DNA of 61,239 bases, filler included, from Platydemus manokwari (taxonomy: Eukaryota), in NCBI GenBank assembly GCA_037951405.1. It is 6 parts of 6 records of this genome, joined end to end, with 100 filler letters (N's around TTAATTAATTAA, not from the genome) between each part and the next. Parts side by side here need not be neighbours in the genome. Positions count along the whole stretch, not along the records: positions 20,423 to 29,165 come from JBBMOY011357205.1; positions 29,266 to 42,140 come from JBBMOY011931382.1; 4 more parts are not named here. The stretch is one strand, 5' to 3'. This document shows positions 25,101-39,832 of this stretch, in pieces. Within the stretch, counting starts at the first letter, position 1. Every line of letters begins with the position of its first letter. The notes under the pieces were generated by a model that did no database searches, was not told the origin of the DNA, and saw nothing but the letters and a program-made list of their open reading frames with translations. Made by a program: the position numbers and the translations under genes.

Positions 25101-28100
25101 GATCTCAAGAACTCAACTATTGGGCCTAAATTTTTAGTTCATAGATTTGAAAATAGCGACCAAAAAGTCTGTTTTTTGGGTAAATTTTACTTTTAATTGA
25201 CTTATAAATTTACCAATTGAACCTTATTATTCATAATTTTTAAAGTTCTCTAACCATAAAAATCCATTAATTTTTAGTGGCATTGTAATTTTTACTATAA
25301 CTTATAACCTTTAAAATTATTTTTTTTATTTTTCTTTATTTTATTTTATTAAATTGTTTAATTTTCTTAAAATACGTTTTTGCTTAAATTTATTTAATTT
25401 TATATAAATAAATCATTATCTGAATCCTGCATAACATTAGTATATTAATCGATTATTTTTTATAATCTTAAATAATTATTTTCAGTATTATTTTTGTTCT
25501 TAAAATCACATATGTTGAATATAATATCATCTTTTAGAAAAATTATATGTTCAAAATATGTGTAACCATCCGAAATATAAAGAAAAGTTCTAAATTGATT
25601 TTAAATTCACATAAACAATACTGATATCCAATATCGCGTTTGCACTCCCATTCCAACAATAAGCAAAAAGAGCAGTTATATTACTTTTTAAATATAAAGT
25701 TTTAGAACTAGCTATTTCTGAGCTGGTTAATTTAAAATAACTTTTTAATATATTTTTTTCAAAATGATAATACATTAATTAATTAGGAGTATCGATTATT
25801 AAATACATTTTATTTAATTTTTAATTTCATTTAACTAATTATGGCTACAATAACGATAAGTAAAGCTGCGAACAATTGCTAATGCTACACGACATCAAGC
25901 GGTAGCGTTGATGACCCCTGATTGTAATTTATGAAAATTTTTAAATAATAAATATTAAAAATAATAATAATAATTACAAAAATTCAAACAGCATATGTTA
26001 ACAACAAGATAATGTGTAGGTTACTATAGATTTCAGATATGTACTTATTTCTTAGTACTTATATCTGATTAAAACAAGAAAAGTGCGAAATGAGCTCGTT
26101 CTATCACAATGAAATTAATTAAATTACTTTCTCCCTACATTAATAATGTTTCTTGAAAAATGTGATAATGCGGTGTTTCAATAAAATGAGTTGCATAGAC
26201 AGACCGATTCTTCTAGCGAGATAATAATAATAAGTTCCTGCTTTTCAATCAACAAAAATAATGGTTTTCCTAATTTTATTCTTCGAATTTTATAAATGAA
26301 AACCGAGTTGGATTTTCTAAGCCTAATTTTTTGTCACGAAATTTTTCTGTGAAATTATCACTTAATCCAACTATATATATACTGTAATTATATTTATAAT
26401 AGTGTACACACTAAAGATAGATATACATTCAGCCAAAATAATACATATAGCTTGGCTGTAGAACACAAGAAAGATCAAAATTGTATTCTGGTTATACAAA
26501 TGTTTCTTAATAGTCACCCTTTTCCTCAATTATAGGACCGATCTGCACTATTCGTCCGCCGGCGACCGGGTCATTTGTTGATAATCCGATTGGCTGAGCA
26601 ACAGGACCATTTGATGTCGTTTGTCTTTCGGTCCTGGAGGATACTTATCACACTTCCGAGCACCGACCACTCAGGAATCGACGATAATTATGGCTTACCA
26701 TCGGACTCAACCTGGGAGATATGATCGCTTTCATTGGTGAAAAGTCGCAATCTGATCCGTCCAGGAGAATGACTGAAATATTTACGGAACCATGTGTTTG
26801 TTATGCTTATTTTTTATTCAAACATATTTTATTTGTTTACAAAATTATCTGTTTTGTTCAATGTTTGCAAGAATAGTTCTGTGTTTTTTTGATTAAAAAT
26901 TTTCATTTTTCAATAATATGGATTGTTTTGTTTCTTGTTTAATTACTGACTTGATTTTTCTTCATTAATTAGATTTTGTTTGTTTTATTATTGATTTTTT
27001 TATTTTATATTTATATTTATTTATTTACTGATGACGTAGTCTCTATCGAAATATTATTCTGTAAAATTTTGAACTAAACATTTTTCTAAACAAATAAATA
27101 AATAAAAAATTTAATTTTTACACAATTATATCGATATTTCAAAACAATATTAATAGTGAATTTAATGAATACAAATATAATAGAAATTAAATTTCTTACA
27201 GATGTGGGGATCAGTGGTGAAGAATTTCTAATAAATAATAAGCAGTACAATTATCAGTCCGATCCGTAGATTAAGAAAATTTGTATGTATTAAAAGGAAA
27301 GCATTATCAAATGATACACCCGAATAAATATGCGATGATTGCAACGATAATGTCGATAATCAATCTTAAGTAAAGACAGAATTTGAAAAAATGAAATCAC
27401 AACCTGCCAAATTCGATCAAATAGAACTTAATCCTCAAAGATACCGACGACATTATGCACACACCTTGAAATAGTATAAATATTCAGATCAAGACAGAAT
27501 GATGCCCTTTATTTTGGAAACCTTAAATATACAATGGCGTTATTGTTTAATCTCAATTCTGTGAAATCAATCAATTGTCGTTATTCCCCAAGCCTGCAAA
27601 TCGAGGAAATTGTTTTCAATTATATATCCAGTTTGATACTAGAAGTCGCCATCATCGTTTCACCAATTATTTTAAACTTGAACAAGTATTGAATCAAGAT
27701 AAATATCTAATACCAATCTATAATTTTAGCACTTCCCTTATTTCATGTTTATTCGAGTCTTGACGTCATCGATTTAACCAAAATGAAATGAAAGGGAATA
27801 CAAATCGAAATCTTTCTAGAATTGAGCTAATAAATTTTGTGTCCGTGTTTGCTATATTTTTATAGTTTGTTATATTTTTATTTGTGCTTTTACCGAAGTC
27901 AATAAAATTATCTTGCAACTTTTTTTTGAATGGACAATGAAGATATAAATTTATCGCAAGGATATTTTACACCCTTTTTCGTAAATTACATTATTTTGGA
28001 AAAATGCCTAATTGAAAAGGATTTTTAAAATTAAACATTTCGTCGAGAAAAATCGAAGTGAAAACTCTAATAATTAAAGTACACCAAATTTAATGACTAA

Positions 28101-29089
28101 ATCATGATTATCCTAAACCTAATAATAAATTGGAAAATTGAATAAAAATGTTTATGAACGTCAAACATAGCACTAGCGGTTACCAAAAATAACAAATAAA
28201 TTGAATTTTTTCTACTTGAACATAAATTAAAGTTAAAACTTTGTATGTGTGGTCTTTGCCCAGCTTTTATGCGTTGTTCAACTTCTTAAGATTCCAATTG
28301 GATTTATTTATTTAACATGATAGAGATGGTTCAATCCTAGCTGTTTTATCTGTGATTTTTATCAAAATTAAACCATCATTTTATGTTGCAACTGATTTGT
28401 GAGTTATCATGTATGTATGACTGTGTAGGGATGCACATATGTAAAATGTCAAAACAGGATTTAATGGAGTCAAGAGTCGATATTTCCATTATCAATGTAG
28501 AGCAATTACAATTTAACAGTATCATGACTATTTATCAAATAAATTATTTCCTGATTAATTAATTTTTCATTAAAATAATAATGATCAGTTTCTAACAAGC
28601 CTACAGCTAGTTTTATCCAGCAGGAATTAAACAGATTTTCAAATCATGAAATGTTATCTTCTCACTGACAAAAATGAAATCCAATATCTCGAGGTTAATT
28701 CGTAATTATCGCCATAAATCCACAGATCTGGAATGAAATCCAATTATTTATAGTTTCATTCTTTGGGAACACAAATAAATATCTATCATAAAATTTCAAT
28801 AACCTAATAATACAAAAATAAGCTCATCAAACAAAAATGAGCTCCATAATCATTCTCAAAATGATACTGATGATTTCATGTCAATAATCAACCGGACTAT
28901 CGAGAAGATGAGATTTTCAATTTGAAATTATGAGATAATTTTCAGAATTTTTCATCAGGAAGCAATATCGACATGATTATTATAATTGTTGTCATAATAC
29001 TGTATTATTCATAAGTGCTGACAGATAAAAGATAAAGACGAGTATTTTATTCTTGAATTTAAGAAATATTTATAAAGAAATTATTTTTA

Positions 29090-29155
<66 letters not shown>

Positions 29156-29165
29156 TATTATTATT
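29090..29165. repeat. (ATT)n microsatellite running into a gap
   Basis: Direct inspection. Confidence 0.95.
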
Positions 29166-32100
29166 NNNNNNNNNNNNNNNNNNNNNNNNNNNNNNNNNNN
29201 NNNNNNNNNTTAATTAATTAANNNNNNNNNNNNNNNNNNNNNNNNNNNNNNNNNNNNNNNNNNNNCCGCTATNNNNNNNNNNNNNNNNNNNNNNNNNNNN
29301 NNNNNNNNNNNNNNNNNNNNNNNNNNNNNNNNNNNNNNNNNNNNNNNNNNNNNNNNNNNNNNNNNNNNNNNNNNNNNNNNNNNNNNNNNNNNNNNNNNNN
29401 NNNNNNNNNNNNNNNNNNNNNNNNNNNNNNNNNNNNNNNNNNATTAAAAAAAAATATAAAGAAATAAAAATATCACATAAAAATCTAACCCAATTTCAAC
29501 AATACCGAAAAAGATGGCCACGCCAATTAAAACGGTCGATTTCATGAGTAACTTTCTATTGTAGAACGTGATTGTTTTATAAATTTAAATACTAATTGAT
29601 TCTTGATTTTAATTGGCAGATAATTCGTTGAAATATTTCATTATTTGCTGTTGGATTCGATTGGTCTGAATAAGAACATTGAACACAATCTATTTCCACA
29701 ATTATCAGACCATTGTTATAGTGTTGGGAATGAGGATGAATTGATTTGGATTTGTGAGAATAAATTTCGATAAAATCAATCGAAATATAAATACTAAATG
29801 GTAGAGAAAAATGAATGAGATGTTTGATGTCAGAGAGAATAAATCATCAATTCGAAATCATAAATTTTAGAGAATGACTTAATAATTCTGTAAAATTATA
29901 AGATCTGGTGAAATATTTTGTAACAATTTCGCTCTTGATTACTTCCACGAGCAGAACTGTGAGATTTAAATTAATTTATTGACAATGGATTTTCTTGTTA
30001 GTTCCGTTGTGGATATTTAATTGTTGTGGTGGGAGTTGCGCAAACTTTTTAAGAGAATCTTTGTTCATTCTAATAGGTAGTCCATTTATAGACGGGTTTC
30101 AAATCATATTATTTTATTAATTAAAGGTTTTCATTTATGATGTCGATTTATATGATTATAAGGAATCACAATTCATTTACAAGATGTGGGAATCCACCGA
30201 CGTATGAATTATTATTAACGGACACCGATGGAAAACCTTTTAATGTTAGAATTTCATAAAAATTTATTTATACATAGTTTTTAAACACATTCAAACTCTG
30301 TTGATACCATTTTAGCTAATTCTGAAAAATAGTAATAATGCTATCAATCGAATACACAAATATTTTTTAATTCTTTAACATGCAAATCCTTAATATTTCC
30401 AAATAAGAAATATGTGAATTATACCACTTTCATAATCAAGGGCACAATTGTATATGTTGACGGAATTTCACTGCGTCTGTTTATTACATTTTTTAGATTA
30501 GATTTTTTTATTGTTTTGACAAATAATTTCTAAATCATTTTACTGATTTAATGCGATTATACTGAAGTTACAAAGACTGTTGAGAAGCATTATTGATTGG
30601 CATTAAACTCAACAAATACAATGAGCAAATAACAACAGCAAATGTGTCATACGAATAAGTAGAAGTTATTATGTTATGCTAATGGCCAAAACCATATCGA
30701 TTCAAACTAAATTGTTATGTCATTTATTATATTATTAATATATCCAGCACTTTAAACCAAAATACGATATTGTTATATTTAAGTTGTGTTTGCTGTTAAT
30801 AAATAAATGGTAATTGGCTTAAAATTGGGTTGATTAATTGATCTCCGAAAATGATTTATTTTACATCACGTCATAGTGTCTGAAAGGATGATAAGAAACA
30901 TAAATGTAATAATCTTCATTGAATAAATATGAAATATAGACGATTAGGAGAATAATATCTTAATTAAGGAGATAATAACGAAATAACCAATTTTATTAGC
31001 AAAAAATGTATGACTGTGACTACCTCAAAATATTCTTGCTTTATGAGTTATAGGTCTTAAGTAGTAACAGTATTTGGTTATTAAAGCACTATCCCAGTCA
31101 AAAAATTAGTGTAACTAACCCCAGGTAAATATATCAAAATACTATTTCAATAATCGCTACTATAAAATAATATCAATAATAATAATACGAATAATTAGAC
31201 CAAAATATATTATCAACGATTAAAGTCAGAATTCTCAATTGAAATACTTCATGGCAAGTGTGTGAGAATATAGTGCATAAGCTATTGTATACTGTGCTCT
31301 CATGATTAACAATTTGAAAAGAGAGTTTGAAAATTAAATGTTTTTGCATAACCTGGAAAAACATAAGATGTTGCTTTCATGTTTTATCTGACTAATATTA
31401 GCAAAGTACAAACTCCTTATCCTTTCACAATTATTCATCTCCATTATCTAACTCTGAGTCCTGTTCAATGAGAATATATGTATCAGTTATATGGTTAGCT
31501 ACGATGACTTAAAGGAAAATAAATATCGTAGACGTTAATTACCAAAGTATTCGTGTTCCATTAAGAGATAACAGTCTGTATGGGCACTTCGTAGTAAATA
31601 TTGAGCTTAATTTTTTGACTACAACCTACAGCTTATATAAATATTTAATTTGCTGATAAGGCCCTTGCCCGTGATTATTTTGTTCTGTTTTTGCAAAGAT
31701 AAATTATTTTTTGAGCCAGAATTATTTTCTTTGGTGTTTGTGAAGGTCAAGAGTCTTTTTATTGTGGAATTGTTGCGTTATCTTTATTTGGCAAATTGGT
31801 TGATTTGCTTTTTAACATAGCACAGATACCAAAATTCGATTAATTAATTGTTTGTTCTTTTTCAAACTTATTTGTTTAATAGTTTATTTATTTTTGCTTT
31901 GTTTGTAGCTAATTTAACTTTATTTTTATTTTAGTTTCATAAATTACTTTATTTAGATAATCATTCGTTTTAAAGATGACGTACGCATCGGATCTCCACA
32001 CATCGAACTATTAAGTCCGTTTATTGTACAGATGAATCTTGTTATAGATTAGTGAATATTTATATCAAATTTAACTGTAATCTAATCCTTTTTATTTTAC

Positions 32101-33106
32101 ATTTATTTATAACTTCAAATTACGAAACCAATTTTAAAACTATATTAATTATCATATCGTGATGAGTTCTACATATTTTTTTACATAATTCAAGTATTCA
32201 TTGCCGATTCTTTTAGTACAAAACCTAGGGCATAGAGATTTCTATAAATTGCCGACCAAAAAAATATGCTTATTGTATTTATCATCTTTCACGAAGAGTT
32301 GAAATACCATTTAGTAAGCAGATTCAAAGAAATTACTGAGACATAACAAAACTTTTGGTGATACCAAAGTATTGGGACAAAAACGTTGCCCAATATGTTA
32401 GAATTGTGCAAAACATTTTAAACTTGAAATCCATAATTAGTGGGCAATAAAAATGGCTTTTATTTCTCAGAAATTAGAATACTTCCATTTACCACAACAA
32501 TGCTTTTGTATTGATTTTGCTTTTCCTTTCGACCAATCAATTTTATTAAAATGATTCATTCCCATAAATGAGTTTGTTTTATATTTCGTTCATTGTTCTA
32601 TCTCAAAACTGTATTTCCATAGTGTCACTATATTGGTTATTAATTCATTTTCGATCGTTTCTCTGAAGAAATTACTGTCTAAATTAAAATTCCTGTGACC
32701 TGTAAATTAAGATTCGCAACCCACATTCCCAGAAGTTATGCGTTATGAATAAATGATATTAAACTACACCAAACACGGCCCATTTTCACTTCAGTGATTG
32801 TCAGGCCACAGGGCAATTTTACATATCTAAATACCAATAAATATTTCCCTTTGAAAACCATATAAAAAGAAGAGAAAACAATGACATTTTAAATCATTAA
32901 AATTCGCCCGCACCATAGCATAGCAAGCAATATCTAAATTCAAATATACAAATAAAATGATAGAAAATTTGTCCATATCGACCATTTGAAAAATCAGCAT
33001 ATCATTATCATAGATGGAAAACACAACACTATATGTGGGATTTTATACATAAAATAGCCACCATAATAACAATGAATGGTCTATCAATCTCGGACAAAAA
33101 AAATCA

Positions 33107-36100
33107 TCAATGATCTTCAAGAGAATGATAGTCAATTGGCTTTCGTCTGACAGGGTAGACAATACCATCACCGCGGCTAATTGAAATCAATATTGATAAT
33201 CGAATCTAATAAAAAAAACAATCTACCCACCTGCTATAAACAGGTAAGAACCAACAGAGAACATTATCTCCTAGCAACTCTTTCAAATTATCAAATATTC
33301 CCAAATTGAAAGAAATTATATCTGGATCTTGAAAGACGCTCTTTCGCATGGATTCTGATTTGTTGGAAAAAAGAAATCGATTGATCAATAATTATGCAAT
33401 GGATTTAAAAATTTACCCAAGGTTGTCAAATTATTCATCGTGAGGTAGATGTGATAAAAGAATAAACTGATTTGTACAAAGAAAAACATGCAAGCAATGA
33501 CAAAGAGAATCAAAAAATTCACTCCTCGCATATTTTTCACTTGAGAATCCTGAAAAAGATATTGATAAAAAATCGAATCATTATTGAAAAATAGCGTTTA
33601 GAGGCGTTAAAATTGTATACAGTGAATGGCAGAACAACAATATCAGCCAGTTGACATTCAAAATGAATTACATGAAATATAATTAAAGGCTTTCAACATC
33701 ATCTTTTGACCAATTTTATTGATTAAAGTGCAGTTCATTTTGATAGTGTTCAAAAAACACCTTGGTCATTGATGTGAAAGTATTTGAAAACAAATTGATA
33801 AATCTATATGATAAGTTCAAAGTGAACCCTATTGATGTCACCAAAATAAAAAATCCATTCACTGTTTATTACTTTTACATTTCGTTCGCTGAAATGTTTC
33901 ATACCACTTAACGATTGTGGTTAATTTTGATTGGCTGGATTATGTGGAAAATATTATGCAATTTACACCACAACCATTTATAATTTTCCACAAACAGAAT
34001 ACAAAGACAAATCGATAATTACGGTTCGACTAATTATAGCTTGGAATATATACCACTTTAGTTTTCAATGAATCAAAAATGTTTCGTTCCTCCAGTGTTA
34101 AATATTAAATAATGTTTTTATCACTTTATAATTTATTTTTATTAGTTTATCAATAAAGTCGATGAAAGTCACTATTTTTCCTGGTACACACGAGATGATA
34201 TCAAACGAGATCCACTACACGAAGCATTTTCAAACAATCAAAATTTCTACTTGTCACTAAAAGCCGTTAAAATAAAAAGAATTTTAATTTGTAATCCAAA
34301 AAAAATTCATGTTAGTTATACGATGTTAGAGTTCTTTTTCATTATTTTGAATTGAAGATCGACGCTTTTTATTCAAATAGAACTAAATCTTAAAAGTTTT
34401 CAGCACTATGGTTATTAAAGAAACTGAATCGAAAATATATTTAATAATATCAAAACAAGGAAAGAAAAGTCGATAAAAGTAAACCGGGAAAAGAACAATA
34501 AAATGAAATAATCAATTGTCTTAGGGACCACTTATGTTTGTATACTAATAATTGAGATATGATCTTGTGACCATCTGGCAACGATTCAATCTCACTAATG
34601 CTGTATTACTTTCAACTCATTCAACGAGAATTTTCAATGGGAATTCTTTGTGCTCCGACGCGTTATTGTAATTACGTTTTTGATTATTAAGAAATCTAAA
34701 AGTTGTTACGGATTAAAATCTTGGTTAAGAATGCTAGGATTTTAAAAGGTTTTTCAATGATTCCAATCGTCGATTTTGACATGGCTTTCTTCATATTGAA
34801 AAATATCAACAGAGCATCTAATATATATTTTCTATTGATTAGTTATTTCGTTTTAAAAGATTTCCTCCAATAATATGCTCATTCGTTTTACTATCAAACT
34901 TCCTTCTACCAATCAATATTATTATAAAAAAATACGTTTCCACATTTTTAAATTTACTATTATTTATTATTTTTTTCGGCCATCAAAATAATTTGAGAAG
35001 AAAAAAAACAAAAAGAGTAAAAACTAAAATAGTAATGTTGAATCGAAATCTTAGATATTAGTATATAGGCTGACAATAAAATTTCAGACCAGGTGTCAAT
35101 TGAAAATGGATTTAGAGAAAATACCGTTGAAACCAATTCAAGTAATGAGAAAAATCAATTATCTCTAATAGTACACTACTACACATTACGAATAATCACA
35201 TTGCAATACTAAAAAAAGGAAATTCAGAAAAATGCCTATTATGGTATTCATTCATTAGACAACTATGCCGAAAATATTGAACATTGGATAATTTTATTTT
35301 AATAAAGCTCGATGATTTAATGAAAACAGCACCAACAAAATTGGCAAAAGTGCTTTTCAGATATTCTAATTAACTAAAAATTCTGAAAATAGATTTTATA
35401 CATGTTAAATTTTTTGTTTTTGCAATTTTTTCTGATTCACCGAAAATCGAGATCTCACTGGATAATAATAGCATATTTTGATGATAAAAATAAGATTTGT
35501 TATAATTTCTATCAGAATATAAACATAAAAATCATTATCATAAGCTTTTGGAAAAATCAATAACATTGTGATAGACGTGCCGATATAAAACCAAAATGTG
35601 ATTACAACAGGTGCTCATAGTCAATTGTCATTGGATGTTACTGAAATATTCTTGCATTCAAATTTACAAATGAAAAAACTATTAAAAAGTGGGTTCGAGG
35701 TTTTATTAGATAGAGATATGTAAAGAAAACTACAAAGCCGGTATATGGGTGGACTATTGCAATTTTTAATGGTTCAATCACCAAACCCTTATAAATAATA
35801 ACGTAAAATAAATTGAAAAAAATTCAAGAAAATGTATGTTTTACGGATGTGCTGGTATGGAACCAAACCGAAATGACAACATGTCTAAATGACCTAACAG
35901 TAAATTAGATTGAAATTGGTTTCGAATTCATCTGGTGGATACTTTATGGGATTTTAGATTATAAGTGAAAAATATTACGAAAGTCGATATGTGATCAACG
36001 TGTCGAGTTTGCCAATGTTTTCCACAAAGGATTCATGCGATGAAAAAAAAAGATTTATATCATGAAAAGAACATATTTCAAAAATTCATCCTGGAAATCG

Positions 36101-39100
36101 ACGGAAATTGTTAAATTAATCACTCATCCTGATCTCTAAATTTCCAAATACAATGTCAATTTAACTGAAGCATATATACTGTTATTATATAGAGTTTGTT
36201 TCACACAAATACCCCGCTGTATGAAAGGCCAGTTAGTGCCAATTACATTAAGGATTTTAGCGAGTTTTAGATTTAATTCCTGTGAAAATTACCTATTATT
36301 GATCAGGTCTATTTATTCGGAATATCCGGTGCTGGTTTCATTTCCAATACTTCCCATTAAAATCATTCAAATTAAGTGACAAAATAGTACTTAACAAGTC
36401 CTGTAATTCAATACAAGACGCGTTACAAAGGTTTTATTACTATAGCATTAATATTTTCAATATAAACTCAAGTGGTTAATAAAATTTCCAAAAGATTTTG
36501 ACCTTTGTATGAAAATGAGTGATTGGCAGCTATTTTTTGCGCTGAGTTCATATCTGTTTTTAGATTTGTTCAATCAAATAGGATTTTTCTTCGGCAACCT
36601 TTTAAAAATTTGACTACACACTTTAAATGGAAAAATGGGAACAAAATATATTTATTGTGATCAAACATGATTTGCTCATATTAGTGCAAAAATACAAAAG
36701 GGATAAAATCTTTACTGATCAGTGTTATCATTTTTTCAATTGATTTTAAATGGTTATCATGAATTTACAGTTTAGATATTTATTATTCTGTCAGTAGGTA
36801 ACGGCGACTTTGTATCAACCAGCTGAACGTCACCAAATCATTGCATATACAAGTTATGGCAGAAACATTCAGAATTTTTTAAATTTAGAAAAATAGAAAA
36901 TTTTAGAAAAATAACAAAAAATATTTAAAAATTTAAATAATAATAATAATAATAATAATGGCAAATTATAAAAAAATATAAAAATTATACTGCATATCAT
37001 AAATTAAAAGTGATTCACAAATCCCAATTAAATTGATAAATCATTGGCGCACATTTAAAACATATAAATACTCACTTTTAGGAGAGCCTGTATATTATAA
37101 TATAATTTTATTATGTTTGACATTACTTAATCAATTTTAACATACCTGCCACCAAGATATTGCAAATTCGAGCGTTGTGGCTCCGATAAATAGGCAGAAT
37201 AAAGCACCATAACCGAGAAGTAGAATAAAAAATTTATGATTGTGAATACCAACACAGTTACCAACCCTTGATAATTGTATATGAATTCTGGTGACGGTAT
37301 GACAAATCACTTACCAAGGACAATGGTGGTCCATTCTGAGAAGGCACCTGAAATCGATAAAAATGAATGCCTACTAGTCATAGAATATTCTATCACACTC
37401 ATTGTCGGTGTGTAATATTTAATGCATAATCTTCACTTCATGTATTTAATATCACAGTTTTATGGATTTTGTAACATGTTATCTTCGTTCAACAGGCCAA
37501 TATTTCACGGATTTCAATGATAGATATGGGGTAAATAGATATTACTAATATTATATCTAACAAAACCGATTAGCATAATTCCATCAATGCAATAATCATG
37601 ACAGATCAACGTATCAATCATTAATATGTACACCATTTAATGTGTAGTGATGGAATCTATTTATTTATCAATACTAATATTTTATACGATTTAATGATTG
37701 CTGTCAAAGACCACCGATTCCATTGGGAAATTATTCTCTACTGTTATTAAAAATAGAGAAAATATTTGTACGAAACACCGACTGAATTATCGATCGCTAT
37801 TATTTCCAAGACAGCTTCTGTCTACTGATTTTTATTAATAAATCAGAATTAATAACTACTTTAGATGATTGGATTATAATCATATTGATTATTATAGTTA
37901 TGTATGTGTGTATGTGTGTATGTATCTATCCACCAATCCAATAATCAATCAATATTTGACAATTTTCGCTAATACAACAAAAATGCACCAGATTATAATA
38001 ATCAATTCAGATTCTAATAGTGATCTTTTTAAAAAATAAGAGTATAAAATATTAAATCAATAATAAATTCCAATATATTCGCTGTCACAACACCTCTGTA
38101 TTACTTTCATTCAGATAAGAGAATTTTAAAGCCCACGGAATGCGTGTCAAATTGAATTATTAGAAATATATTTATATTTACGGCTAATATTAGAAAGGAT
38201 GGCAGGTAACAGGAAGGACAATAAATTATATATGTCACTAGACTTCAATGGTATTAAATCTATGAAAATATTTTAAATTAAACGAAAACAAATATCACAT
38301 AAATTGGAATCAATATTCTATATCACCATAGCAACTGTATCGATTCAAAAATAATTTTGAAGAATAGCTTTTTTTATATTGAAAATCTATTTTCAAATTA
38401 TTGTGTAAACAATAAAATTGTTTTTTCTTTTCTCAAAGGCCGAACTCAGAACACTCCAATTTACGATTAAAATAAATTTGCCACGTTATTTGTTGGTGAG
38501 AGTCGTGATGAGTAAAAAAAGCACATTCCATTTTAAGAATTAAAATACATTAAAAGGAGTCTGTGAGAAAATATACATGATTGTGTCGCCGTTCTCACTG
38601 TATTTCATCTGAAAACCACTAGCGAATCAGAAACCCCTGATTAAGCCCAAAAAACATGAAAAATCCAACTCAAACCGGCGCAAATCCTATCGATTAGTTT
38701 TGAATCAATTCAAATCAATATTTGAAATGGAAATGAGTCAGGTGATTCGAAATACCCACATAAAAACGATAGCACAAAATTATTATTAATAATATCAGTA
38801 ACGATAGCAACAAGGAGGATTTTAACGGATAATAATAAATATCGATAAATAATTAATATCAAATCAGATAAATTTAATACAATGGAATCATATATTTTAA
38901 GCCAACCATATATCAATATAATGAAGTTCAAAATCTATAATGACAACGTAAACGATGCGTGACGAGATATAACAGCATCAGTTTAATAATTATCGATCGA
39001 TATCAAATATAATAGAAAATAATATCAAATAATTTATTAATAATTATTAATGGAAAAATTATTAATTAAAACCAGCAAAAAACACATTTCTAAATCAATA

Positions 39101-39832
39101 ATAATTTTGGTTTTGTCGAATATTAAATAAATATTACAAATCTTAATTTGATTATTTATTTATTTATTTATTTATCAAGCATCATTTTAAACATTACTCA
39201 ATCCATAGATACAACCGATTTACTATTACACAATGACACAGAATTGATCAAATGAAATCTAACCTGCCACACGATGAACAATGGTGAGCTCGATCGGGTT
39301 TAATCAGTTGACAAATCGAACAAAACCGAATATTCGAGCCAACATCACGAGTATAAATCCGCAGATTTTTCTTGACGACTAATTCTTCCAAATATTTTCG
39401 CCATTTATCTCGTTCGGAAAATATTTCTATCGCTATTGCATGTTCGTCCGAATCAAGATAAAACTGAATAGCAAATGATATTCCTAACAACATCACACAA
39501 GGTTTTATAAACAAACCTCTAATGGGATTGGTGGTGGATGTGATACAACAGCTTTAAAGTAAGAATATGCAAATATACCCAAGATTGAATGATAAATAAT
39601 AATATAAAATACTGAATATAATGGAATTATATAGTTTTCCTAAGAAAATTATCAATACCTTTCTGAACAATATTATTTGACCAAACTAAAATCGAATTGA
39701 TAAAATATCATTAATAATTCCGTATCACTTACTTATACACATCTCAATGACATACGCATAGTAAGACCAGCAAACAATTATGAATATTATAAATACCAGT
39801 AGATATTTTGTGATATCTAAACCTGGTGTCAT
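33107..39832 (-). CDS. DHHC palmitoyltransferase, ZDHHC2/15/20 subfamily, complete 9-exon gene (300 aa)
   Basis: Exons 39733-39832, 39659-39685, 39517-39611, 39264-39463, 37315-37347, 37146-37266, 33417-33549, 33231-33354, 33107-33176 (903 nt, all phases consistent). Motifs: [71 protein letters not shown]..YP. Confidence 0.95.

Noticed and set aside
27485-27522. Minus-strand GFQNKGHHSVLI* resembling MIOS GLDKHR.DFSVLIWD
   Set aside because: Stop codon at the Trp position and no supporting adjacent exons.
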